A stretch of 54,836 bases of DNA from Armatimonadota bacterium. GTDB lineage: Bacteria > Armatimonadota > DTGP01 > JAHWJO01. The notes under the pieces were generated by a model that made no database searches, was not told where the DNA came from, and saw only the letters and a list, made by a program, of their open reading frames with translations. The position numbers and the translations under genes were made by a program. This document shows positions 16,951 through 25,163 of the stretch, in pieces. Location: contig JBBRGS010000002.1 of the NCBI GenBank assembly GCA_038240635.1, positions 1 to 54,836 on the forward strand, read 5' to 3'. Position 1 is the first letter of the stretch. Every line of letters begins with the position of its first letter.

Positions 16951-18210
16951 TTACCTGGCCTGCGACCGGCTCTCTCGCCAGGCGTCCAGCGCAGCGGGAA
17001 ACGGTTGCAGCGCCCGTTCAAACACTCCCAGCGTGTGCGCGATCGCCATGCCGTAGTTCGTGATGGGGACCCCCGCCTCCCTGCACCGCGCCACCCGCGA
17101 CAACACTTCCCGACGATTGAGGGAACACGACCCGCAGTGCGCCACCAGATCGTACGCGCGGACCTCCTCCGGGAAATCGTGACCCTGCGTGTGCGTGAAC
17201 TCCAGGCCGCCTCCCACATACTGCCGCAGCCAGCGTGGGAGCTTCACCCGCCCAATGTCGTCCCCTATTGGGTGATGCGCGCACGTCTCGCACACCAGGA
17301 TGCGACTGCCGGATCGCAGTCGGTCAATCGCGGCGGCCCCCCGCGCAAACTCCACCAAATCGCCTTTGGCCCGAGAAAAGAGAATGGAGAACGACGTGAG
17401 CGGAACCTCCGCAGGAGTGTCCGCCGCCACCTTCAGGAACGCCTGCGAATCGGTGACGACCAGCGCGGGCGGGCGATGGAGGAGACTCAGCGCGTGACGC
17501 AGCTCCCGCTCCTTCACCACCATGCAGCAGGCGTCGTGATCCAGCAGGTCCCGAATCGCCTGGACTTGCGGCATGATGAGTCGGCCTTTGGGCGCTTCCA
17601 TATCTATCGGCGTGACAAGCATCACGAGGTCGCCGGGCCGCACCAGGTCCCCGAGCAGCGGGGGCGCCTTGAGGAACTCTTCCGGGGCCGCGCGGATGAG
17701 GGCTTCACGCAAAGCCGGGAGTCCGTCGCCACTAAGGGCGCAGACGCGCACGGTTTCCACCTTATCGCCGTGCAGGCGGGCGAGAAGGGCGGGGGCCGGC
17801 TCCACGAGGTCCGCCTTGTTGAAGACGACGAGCGTCGGGCAGTCGCGCGCCTTCAACTCGCCGAGGATGCCCTCCTCGAAGGCGCCCCATCCCGCTTCCG
17901 CGACCACGAGGACGCCCATGTCCGCGCGGTCAAACACCTGCCGCGTCTTCTCCACGCGCATGGCCCCCAGGGCGCTCGCGTCGTCCCCCAGGGTCAGGTC
18001 TTCGTCCACCCCGGCGGTGTCAATGAAGAGGACCGGCCCCAGTGGCAGCAGCTCCATCGGCTTCTCCACGGGGTCCGTGGTCGTTCCCGCCACGATGGAG
18101 ACGATGGAGACGCGCTGCCGCGTGAGGGCGTTGAGCAGCGACGACTTGCCGGTGTTGCGTCGCCCGAAGATTCCGATGTGCAGCCGAAGACTTTTGGGAG
18201 CGCGAGTCAT
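16951..18210 (-). CDS. hydF: [FeFe]-hydrogenase maturation GTPase HydF
   Basis: ORF 16951-18411 trimmed to the ATG at 18210. P-loop GRRNTGKSSLLNAL, then DTAG and NKAD. The C-terminus has CxH...HCxxC cluster ligands (CETCAHH ... AHCGSC). Confidence 0.85.
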   Translation of the reverse strand: MTRAPKSLRLHIGIFGRRNTGKSSLLNALTRQRVSIVSIVAGTTTDPVEKPMELLPLGPVLFIDTAGVDEDLTLGDDASALGAMRVEKTRQVFDRADMGVLVVAEAGWGAFEEGILGELKARDCPTLVVFNKADLVEPAPALLARLHGDKVETVRVCALSGDGLPALREALIRAAPEEFLKAPPLLGDLVRPGDLVMLVTPIDMEAPKGRLIMPQVQAIRDLLDHDACCMVVKERELRHALSLLHRPPALVVTDSQAFLKVAADTPAEVPLTSFSILFSRAKGDLVEFARGAAAIDRLRSGSRILVCETCAHHPIGDDIGRVKLPRWLRQYVGGGLEFTHTQGHDFPEEVRAYDLVAHCGSCSLNRREVLSRVARCREAGVPITNYGMAIAHTLGVFERALQPFPAALDAWRESRSQAR

Positions 18211-18271
18211 AAGCGTCAGGCTAACTCCGGGGAATGCCGGAACGTGAAGCGCGGAGAGGCGTGGGAAGGGG

Positions 18272-19660
18272 TCAGGAGCCGAGGCGGGTGACGCTTTCAG
18301 GGCGAACGCGCGCCTCGAACTCCGCCTCGGTGAGGAGGCCGCCTTCCACGACGACCTGGCGCAGGGACAGGCCGGTCTCCAGCGCTCGCTTCGCCGCCAG
18401 AGACGCCGCATCGTAGCCGAGGGTTTCCACCAGCGCAGTCGCCGCCGCCGTGCCGTTCTCCCGGTGCATGCGGAGGCGGTCGGGGGCGGCCTCCATCCCG
18501 GTCACGCAGAGGCGGTTGAGCGTGTCGCACGCGCGGGCGAGGAGGTCTATCTCGCTCAGGAGGTTGTCGGCGATGAGCGGCATGAACGGATTGAGTTCGA
18601 GGCTGCCCATTGAGCAGGCCTGAGTCAGTGCGAAATCGTGCGCCATCGCGGCAAGGGCGGCCTGCGTCACCGCTTCGGGGATGACCGGGTTCACCTTGCC
18701 CGGCATGAGCGAGGACCCCGCCTGCCGAGGGGGCAGCCGTATCTCGCCAAAGCCCGCCGACGGCCCGGAGGAAAGCAGCCGCAGGTCGCCGCAAATTTTC
18801 ATTAGGCTGCACGCCAGCGCGCGGAGAATGCCGCTCACTTCCACAAACACGTCGGCGTTCTGGGTGGCGTCGGCGAGGTTCTCCGCGCGGGCGAGGCCGA
18901 ACCCGGTAATGTCCCGCAGGCGGTCCACCACGCGAAAGATATAGGCGCGGGGCGCCCCCAGGCCGCTGCCGATGGCCGTGCCGCCCAGGTTGACGACCCG
19001 CAACCGCTCCTCGCACCGGGAGATGCGCCACCGGTCCCGCGCCAGAGGCTCCGCGAAGGCGCCCATCGCGCGGCCCAGGGTCGTCAGCGCGGCGTCCTGA
19101 TACTCGGTGCGCGCCACCTTCACGAGGTCGGCGAACTCGCGCTCCTTCCCCTGAAACGCCTCCACCAGCCCGACGACCTGCCGCTCCAGTTCGCGCAGGC
19201 CGGTCAGCGCGGCCACCTTCAGCGCCGTGGGATAGGTGTCGTTGGTGGACTGATGCCGGTTCACGTCCTCGATGGGATGGATAAGCGCATAGGTCCCCGG
19301 CGGCTGGCCCAGGCGCTGGAGCGCGCGGTTGGCCAAAACCTCATTGACGTTCATGTTGGTGGAGGTGCCTGCGCCACCCTGCAGCGCGTCCACCACCACG
19401 CTTGCATCGAGGTCGCCCCGCCTCATCTCTTCGCAGGCGATTTCCATCGCCTCAAACACCTCCGGCGGCCACGGGCGCAGGTCCTGATTCGTCCGTAGGC
19501 ACGCGAGTTTCACCGCGCCAAACGCGTGGATGAGCGCGGGATGCGGCGGACGGCCCGCCAGACTGAAGTTCTCCAGCGCCCGCTGCGTGTGCGCGCCGTG
19601 GAGGGCGTCGGCGGGGACGGGCAGGTCGCCCAGAAGATCGCTTTCGGTGCGGAAGGTCAT
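18272..19660 (-). CDS. Aspartate ammonia-lyase / class II fumarase superfamily lyase embedded in the hyd maturase operon
   Basis: 462 aa. N-terminus TESDLLGDL.VPADALHGAHTQRAL. Has the fumarate-lyase signature GSSLMPGKVNP. Confidence 0.8.
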   Translation of the reverse strand: MTFRTESDLLGDLPVPADALHGAHTQRALENFSLAGRPPHPALIHAFGAVKLACLRTNQDLRPWPPEVFEAMEIACEEMRRGDLDASVVVDALQGGAGTSTNMNVNEVLANRALQRLGQPPGTYALIHPIEDVNRHQSTNDTYPTALKVAALTGLRELERQVVGLVEAFQGKEREFADLVKVARTEYQDAALTTLGRAMGAFAEPLARDRWRISRCEERLRVVNLGGTAIGSGLGAPRAYIFRVVDRLRDITGFGLARAENLADATQNADVFVEVSGILRALACSLMKICGDLRLLSSGPSAGFGEIRLPPRQAGSSLMPGKVNPVIPEAVTQAALAAMAHDFALTQACSMGSLELNPFMPLIADNLLSEIDLLARACDTLNRLCVTGMEAAPDRLRMHRENGTAAATALVETLGYDAASLAAKRALETGLSLRQVVVEGGLLTEAEFEARVRPESVTRLGS

Positions 19661-19683
19661 GGAAGTGGGGTGTCAGGAGCCGT

Positions 19684-21117
19684 TCAGCAGGAGAGGTCGC
19701 GGGCGTCGGTGTCGCGGATGCGGGTCAATTTCTCCTCCACATGGGCGCGGGCGCGGTCGGTGGGGAGCAGGGCCAGTTCCTCCGCGATGACCCGCTCCCC
19801 CGCCGCGCGGGTGTCGGGAGAGGCGTAGTCGGTCAGGTACTCCTGTAGGGTGGTGAGGGCGTTGGGCGTGCAGAACCGCTCGATGAAGCCGGGAATGGCG
19901 TACTCCATGAAGACTTCGCCGGTGCGCCCCAGCCGATAGCAGGCCGTGCAGAAGCTGGGGAGATAGCCGTCGGTCAGCAGCTCGCGCGTCACTTCGTCCA
20001 GCGACCGCGAATCCCCCAGTTCAAACTGCTGGCGCCGAACAGCGTCCGCGTCCCGCGATTCGGTGTAGCCGCCCAGCTCCAGCCGCGTCCCCGCGTCAAT
20101 CTGCGACACCCCGAAGCCAAGAACCTCCCGGCGGACCTCCACGCTCTCGCGGCACGTCATGATCAGGCCGGTGTAGGGGACGGCGAGGCGGAGGATGGCG
20201 ACGATGCGCTTGAAGTCATAGTCGTTCACGAGGGTGTCGCCGGGCAGGGTGACGCCGCTTGCGGGTTGCAGCCTGGGGAAACTGAGCGTGTGCGGCCCCA
20301 CGCCGTACGTCTCCTGAAGATACCGCGCGTGGCGGACCAGCCCCAGCGTCTCGAAGCGCCAGTCGGTCAGCCCGAAGAGCGCCCCCAGGCCCACGTCGTC
20401 AATCCCGGCTTCCATCGCGCGGCCCAGGGCGTGCAGCCGCCACAGGTAATCGCCCTTGCGCGTGTTGGCCGGGTGAACCGCCGCGTACGTCTCCCGGTCA
20501 TACGTCTCCTGGAAGACCTGATACGTCCCGATGCCCGCGTCCTTCACGATGCGATAATCGTCCACACTGAGCGGCGCGGCGTTGATGTTCACCCGGCGAA
20601 TCTCGCCCTTGCCGGTTTTCGTGGCGTACACCGTCCGCACGGCGTCGGCGATGAAGCGAGCGTCGTATCGCGCGTGTTCCCCGAACACGAGGATGAGGCG
20701 CTTATGGCCCACCGACTCCAGCGCCTCGACCTGGGCGCGGAGTTCATCGGCGCTCAGGGTGCGGCGAATCGAGTCGGGATTGGAGCGGCGGAATCCACAG
20801 TAGGCGCAGTCGTTGACGCACAGGTTGCCAACGTACAGCGGGGCGAACAAGACGATGCGATTGCCGTACACGCGGCGCTTCAGGTCGCGAGCGGCCTCGA
20901 AGATGCGCTCGACCTGATCGGGGGCGGCGGCGTTGATGAGGACCGCCGCCTCTTCCGGCGAGAGGGCTTCCTTCGCCATCGCCTTGGCGATCACGTCCTC
21001 GAAGCGGGCGGGGTCCACCGGCTGATTGAGGAAGCGCCGAAGGTCCGCCTGAGCGATGAAGTCGTCGGCGAGGCGGGATGGGGCGGAAGAGGAGAAGGAA
21101 GCGGTGGTTACGGACAT
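19684..21117 (-). CDS. hydG: [FeFe]-hydrogenase maturase HydG (radical SAM tyrosine lyase)
   Basis: ORF 19684-21270 trimmed to the ATG at 21117. Radical SAM motif CVNDCAYCGF. C-terminal CX2CX22C motif (CTACYRLGRTGEVFMEYAIPGFIERFC). Confidence 0.85.
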   Translation of the reverse strand: MSVTTASFSSSAPSRLADDFIAQADLRRFLNQPVDPARFEDVIAKAMAKEALSPEEAAVLINAAAPDQVERIFEAARDLKRRVYGNRIVLFAPLYVGNLCVNDCAYCGFRRSNPDSIRRTLSADELRAQVEALESVGHKRLILVFGEHARYDARFIADAVRTVYATKTGKGEIRRVNINAAPLSVDDYRIVKDAGIGTYQVFQETYDRETYAAVHPANTRKGDYLWRLHALGRAMEAGIDDVGLGALFGLTDWRFETLGLVRHARYLQETYGVGPHTLSFPRLQPASGVTLPGDTLVNDYDFKRIVAILRLAVPYTGLIMTCRESVEVRREVLGFGVSQIDAGTRLELGGYTESRDADAVRRQQFELGDSRSLDEVTRELLTDGYLPSFCTACYRLGRTGEVFMEYAIPGFIERFCTPNALTTLQEYLTDYASPDTRAAGERVIAEELALLPTDRARAHVEEKLTRIRDTDARDLSC

Positions 21118-22208
21118 GCGGATAACGGTCCCTTCTGCGGGTCGGGAGAGGCGGTTTGTCGTGCGAGTTGACTGGGGGAGTCGCCACGCCCGACGCCTAC
21201 GGTGCGCCCGATGGACTCGATGCGCCACCGCATACAGCCGTGGCAGTCGGCGGCGCTTTCGGTGAGGCACGCCTTATCGGGGTAAATCTGGTACTGTTCG
21301 CGGTACCGGGGCGGCGTGAGGTTGGGCATGACGACGTTCGCGCCGCGCCGCAGTCCGAGTTCGCGGCCATAGCGCTTGTTAAGGGTGGCGAGGGCCGTGG
21401 TGGCGGGGATATTCGCCGTGGGCCGCGTCAGCCGGGCGAGGGCGAGCGCCTTGTAGGTCATCTCCTCCGAGTTGGGAACCTGCTGCGGGTTGATCGCGTG
21501 CAGAGGCGTTATCGCGGCGAGCGGGGTGTCGGGGTGGGGGAGATACGGCCCGACGCCGATCATATCGAGTTCCAACTCGGCGAAGAGGAACAGGTCACGG
21601 GCCAGGTCATCCCAGGTCTGACCAGGAATGCCGATCATGGCGCCGCTCCCGATTTCGTAGCCCAGGGCGCGCAGTCGCATGAGTTGCGCCACGCGGTCGG
21701 AGGGACGGCCCGGCAGGTCGGGATGAATGGCGCGGTAGAGGGCGGAGTTCGAGGTCTCAAAGCGCAGCAGGTATCGGTCCGCCCCGGCGGCGCGCCACAG
21801 GGCGAGTTCGGCGTTGTCCCGCTCGCCCACGGAGAGGGTGACGGCGAGGGGTGTCTCGTCCTTGATGCGGCGCACGATGTCGGCGAGGGCGGCAGCGGTA
21901 AACCCTCGGTCTTCCCCGGATTGGAGAACGACGGCGCCATACCCAAAGGCGACGGCCTGATGTGCGCACTCCACGATTTCGTCGGAGGTCATGCGATACC
22001 GGACGACCGCCGAATTAGGAGCGCGCAGGCCGCAGTAGGCGCAGGCGCGGGCGCAGTGGCTGGAGAACTCGATGAGGCCGCGCAGATGCACCGCGTCGCC
22101 GACGTGGGTCCGGCGCGTTTCATCGGCCATGCGCCAGAGGGTATCAAGGCGGGAGTCATCGGTCTCGCGGAGCCAATGGATCAGTTCAGCGTGGGTCAAG
22201 GCGGTCAT
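21108..22208 (-). CDS. hydE: [FeFe]-hydrogenase maturase HydE (radical SAM, BioB-like)
   Basis: 366 aa. CARACAYCG radical SAM motif and a BioB-like TIM-barrel pattern. Its 3' end overlaps the hydG start by 10 nt. Confidence 0.85.
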   Translation of the reverse strand: MTALTHAELIHWLRETDDSRLDTLWRMADETRRTHVGDAVHLRGLIEFSSHCARACAYCGLRAPNSAVVRYRMTSDEIVECAHQAVAFGYGAVVLQSGEDRGFTAAALADIVRRIKDETPLAVTLSVGERDNAELALWRAAGADRYLLRFETSNSALYRAIHPDLPGRPSDRVAQLMRLRALGYEIGSGAMIGIPGQTWDDLARDLFLFAELELDMIGVGPYLPHPDTPLAAITPLHAINPQQVPNSEEMTYKALALARLTRPTANIPATTALATLNKRYGRELGLRRGANVVMPNLTPPRYREQYQIYPDKACLTESAADCHGCMRWRIESIGRTVGVGRGDSPSQLARQTASPDPQKGPLSACP

Positions 22209-22277
22209 GGCGGCAGGGAGGGGGCGCTCCCTTCAGTAGGAGAAGAAGGGGAGCGGAAGGGAGGCGGGAGGGCTGTA

Positions 22278-22295
22278 TTGATAATCCGTTAACGA
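22278..22295. promoter_or_regulatory. Candidate Rex operator upstream of hydE (TTGATAA-tccg-TTAACGA)
   Basis: Matches TTGTTAA-N4-TTAACAA at 12 of 14 positions. It shares the TCGTTAA half-site with the rex-proximal site. It lies 70-87 nt upstream of the hydE ATG, just downstream of -10-like GATAAT/TACGAT (reverse complement of 22301-22309). A TTGCCT -35-like hexamer (reverse complement of 22327-22332) lies 17 nt from TACGAT. Confidence 0.4.
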
Positions 22296-22362
22296 TTTGA
22301 ATTATCGTATCGCGTTCCCGCCGAAAAGGCAAGTCCTTCAGGCCTCCCGTCCGTCTCTCGAT

Positions 22363-22842
22363 TCAACCCTCACCCAGCCCCACGAATCGCACCCGGTATT
22401 GGGCGGTGGTTTCGGCGCGCAGGACCTCCACGCGAAGGCGATCCGGCCCCCCGAAGTGGGTGAGGAGGAGTTCGCGGGCGTCGGTTTCCTGTTGGGCGCG
22501 CAGCTGCGCCGTGGTGAGGGTCGGGAATCGGCGGCGATAGTCGGCGCACATGGCTTCATCGGGGCCATCGGCGGCTCCGGAGTGAAAGACGAGGATCACC
22601 CGTTCGATTTCGTGGGCCTTCAGGAGGAAGTCGCATTCCCACCGTTGGCGATCCGCCCGGCTAAAGTCGAGGTCGGAGGCGGTGAGGGCGCCGGGGCCAC
22701 CGGGCAGGTAGAGCCGGTCGTAGCTGCGGATGCCGAGGTCGCCGTGGAGGTAGTCATCCAGTTGTTCCTGAAAGCGTCCGTCAGAGCAGGCGATGACGAG
22801 CGTGTGAGGGCGTTCGGCGCTCCATGGCAGAGTCTGGGGCAC
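22363..22842 (-). CDS. Hypothetical protein with CxDxR motif
   Basis: 159 aa with natural amino-acid composition; the overlapping plus-strand ORF looks like a GC shadow. VIACSDGRF recalls the beta-carbonic-anhydrase CxDxR motif, but no HxxC follows. Confidence 0.5.
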   Translation of the reverse strand: MPQTLPWSAERPHTLVIACSDGRFQEQLDDYLHGDLGIRSYDRLYLPGGPGALTASDLDFSRADRQRWECDFLLKAHEIERVILVFHSGAADGPDEAMCADYRRRFPTLTTAQLRAQQETDARELLLTHFGGPDRLRVEVLRAETTAQYRVRFVGLGEG

Positions 22843-23220
22843 GATGTGTTCTCCTTTCGCGCAACCCGCGCGGCGTTCAGTTCTCGCTCGCCCCTGGCCG
22901 GTCGCGCTTCACGTGTTTTGGCCGAGTCGCTGGGGTTTGCCGCCGGGGGAGTTCATCCCGCATCATAGTCCAAACGTTGCGGTGGTGTCGCATCGCTGAG
23001 ACGGTGATGTCGCATAGCCGCGCGTCGAAAGAACCGGAAGAACGCGGAAAGGAATCCTCTCAATGAGTTTGGGTTGTTTGTCACGGCTGGCAGGTTGTGG
23101 GGGCGTCCTGGCGTTTCTCGCCGGGCTGGTGGCGTACGGAGTCGCCTGGCTCGTCACGTCTCCTCATTAGCCGGGGGTATTCGGAACTGAGCGTCTTCAG
23201 CGGCGCTCAGCGTGAGCGCG

Positions 23221-24060
23221 TCACGCCCGCACGATGCGATTGCGACCTTCCGACTTGGCGTCGTACATCGCCTGATCCGCTCGCCGGATCGTCTCTTCAT
23301 AGTGGGAGCCACGCTCATGTTCCACCACGCCGAAGCTGGCCGTCACCCATCCCGCCGGGTGCTCGTGCCATGTGATGCGTTCCACAGCGCGCCGCAGTCG
23401 CTCGCTGACCTCCGTCGCCAGTTCCAGCGGCGTGTGAGGCAGCAGAATCAGAAACTCCTCGCCGCCCCACCGGGCGCACACGTCGTAGCCGCGCAGTTCG
23501 GCGCTCAGCGCCTGAGCGATCTCCACGAGCACAACATCCCCGGCGGCGTGGCCCGCCTCGTCGTTGATGCGCTTGAAATGGTCCACATCCGCCATGACGA
23601 GCGAGTAGGGCGTGGAGTCTCGCAGGCAGAGCGCAGTTTCCGCCTGAAGCCGCTCCACCATAAAGCGGCGATTGGGCAGATGAGTCAGCGCGTCCTGGGT
23701 GGAGGCGACCTTGAGGGCTTCGTTCAGGTCCCGAAGCATGCCCTGATACTGATCGGAGATGACCACGATTTTGTGGAGTTGCCGGATTTGGCGCCGGTAC
23801 CGCTCGGTGAGGGATTGATTGTGTTCCCTCAGCGCGGAATGAAAGCCGTCGGAGATGGAAGTGAGCCGTTCCAGTTGCGTGAGTTGCTCGGTGAAGCGGG
23901 CGTACAGGTCCGCAAGAGGGGCGCGCAGGGGGTGGTCCGCCAGCTCCGGGTTGGCCAGCAGGCTCTCGATGTCGCGCTCCAGTTGGCCGTCGTCACGGAC
24001 GCGCATCGGCCTCGACGGCGAGAATGTCAAACGGGAAGGAACAGTCTTCTTTGAATTCAT
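23221..24060 (-). CDS. siaD: GGDEF diguanylate cyclase (SiaD-like)
   Basis: Coiled-coil N-terminus. DVDHFKRINDEAGHAAGD and an active-site GGEEF. An alternative start at 24006 (MRVRDDG) would reduce the overlap with the upstream gene to 14 nt. Confidence 0.8.
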   Translation of the reverse strand: MNSKKTVPSRLTFSPSRPMRVRDDGQLERDIESLLANPELADHPLRAPLADLYARFTEQLTQLERLTSISDGFHSALREHNQSLTERYRRQIRQLHKIVVISDQYQGMLRDLNEALKVASTQDALTHLPNRRFMVERLQAETALCLRDSTPYSLVMADVDHFKRINDEAGHAAGDVVLVEIAQALSAELRGYDVCARWGGEEFLILLPHTPLELATEVSERLRRAVERITWHEHPAGWVTASFGVVEHERGSHYEETIRRADQAMYDAKSEGRNRIVRA

Positions 24061-24385
24061 TGGCCAGCTCGGCGATCCGTTCGTTTTCAGCGTCGTAGAA
24101 CCATTTGACGGCGACCTCCCGGCCCGTCTGATGAGCGTCTTCCAAAGCGTCGAGGAGGTCCATCATGATTTTTACGCTGCTGGTGTTGAGATAGAGGAGA
24201 TGCAATTCCAGGCGCAGGGGGAGATCGGTTTCAGCAAGGTAGGCCTGGAACCAGGCGACGAGAGGCTCAAAGAAGGCGTAGGAGTTTTCAGGATACGAGT
24301 CGCCCCGCATCTCGATGACACCTCTCTCCCCGTCAGCGACGATGGCGGGAGACGATTGAGTGGGGGGGATCGTGAGGGTTTCCAT
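23993..24385 (-). CDS. siaC: DUF1987 / SiaC-like regulatory protein
   Basis: 130 aa. Blocks GDSYPENSY, LLYLNTSSVKIMMDLLDALE and EFKEDCSFPF match my recollection of the SiaC/DUF1987 family. Confidence 0.75.
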   Translation of the reverse strand: METLTIPPTQSSPAIVADGERGVIEMRGDSYPENSYAFFEPLVAWFQAYLAETDLPLRLELHLLYLNTSSVKIMMDLLDALEDAHQTGREVAVKWFYDAENERIAELANEFKEDCSFPFDILAVEADARP

Positions 24386-24481
24386 GCGTTCATTCCAGGG
24401 AGATCGTAAGGAGTCGGGGGGAGCGAAGGAGCAGGCCCTCGGTAGTAAAAGGGGGGCGACGACGGCAGGGAATCTGTGGCG

Positions 24482-25021
24482 CTAGAGGACGACTCGCAGG
24501 CTGAAGAACATCCGCTGGCCCGCGTTGACCGGCCGCAGGGAACACGACAGAGGGGCGCTCGCCTTGCGCGCGATGTCTATGAGGCCCAGCCCGGCGGTGG
24601 TGGCGTCGGGATCGCGCGGCGTGCGGAGGCGTTCCTTGTACTGCGCCCGAAGTTGGCCCTTGTCGAGGGATGCCAGCCGGTTCACGCGCTCGATGAGGGC
24701 GAGGCCGTCATCCGGCTCCACCACATTGCCCGCCGCGATGACGTAGCGCTCCCCTTCCCGGCCGATGACGACCGTGGCGGAGGCTTCGGCTTCGTTGTAG
24801 CCTTTGAGCGCGGCGTACTGCCGTATATTTTGGGCGATTTCGATGTAGGCGGCGAACACGTCGCGCGTGGAGGAGGAGGAAGCGGCCTCGCTTTCCATGT
24901 AGTTGCGGAGGGCGTTGCCAATCTCCTCAATCAGGGCCTGGGAGAATGGCCCGTTGAAGCAGAGGAGGATGCCCTTCTGGTTGTAGGTTTCGCGCAGCAG
25001 ATAAACGTCGGTGTGATCCAT
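24482..25021 (-). CDS. siaB: SiaB-like protein kinase (HATPase-like partner-switch kinase)
   Basis: 179 aa. Sits between the PP2C gene and the DUF1987 gene, as in siaABCD. C-terminal GLGLIDIARKA is like the G-box of anti-sigma-type kinases. Confidence 0.65.
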   Translation of the reverse strand: MDHTDVYLLRETYNQKGILLCFNGPFSQALIEEIGNALRNYMESEAASSSSTRDVFAAYIEIAQNIRQYAALKGYNEAEASATVVIGREGERYVIAAGNVVEPDDGLALIERVNRLASLDKGQLRAQYKERLRTPRDPDATTAGLGLIDIARKASAPLSCSLRPVNAGQRMFFSLRVVL

Positions 25022-25163
25022 GGCCCGATTCTATTCTTCCTCGCCGGGAGTGAGTGAGGGGGTCGCGGGTACGAAACGGTGGTGATGGGGAGGAGGCGCC
25101 GCCCGCCAGAAGCGTCAAAGGTGTCAGAGCCGTCAGGAGGCGGAATGGAGACGGAGGCGTTGC

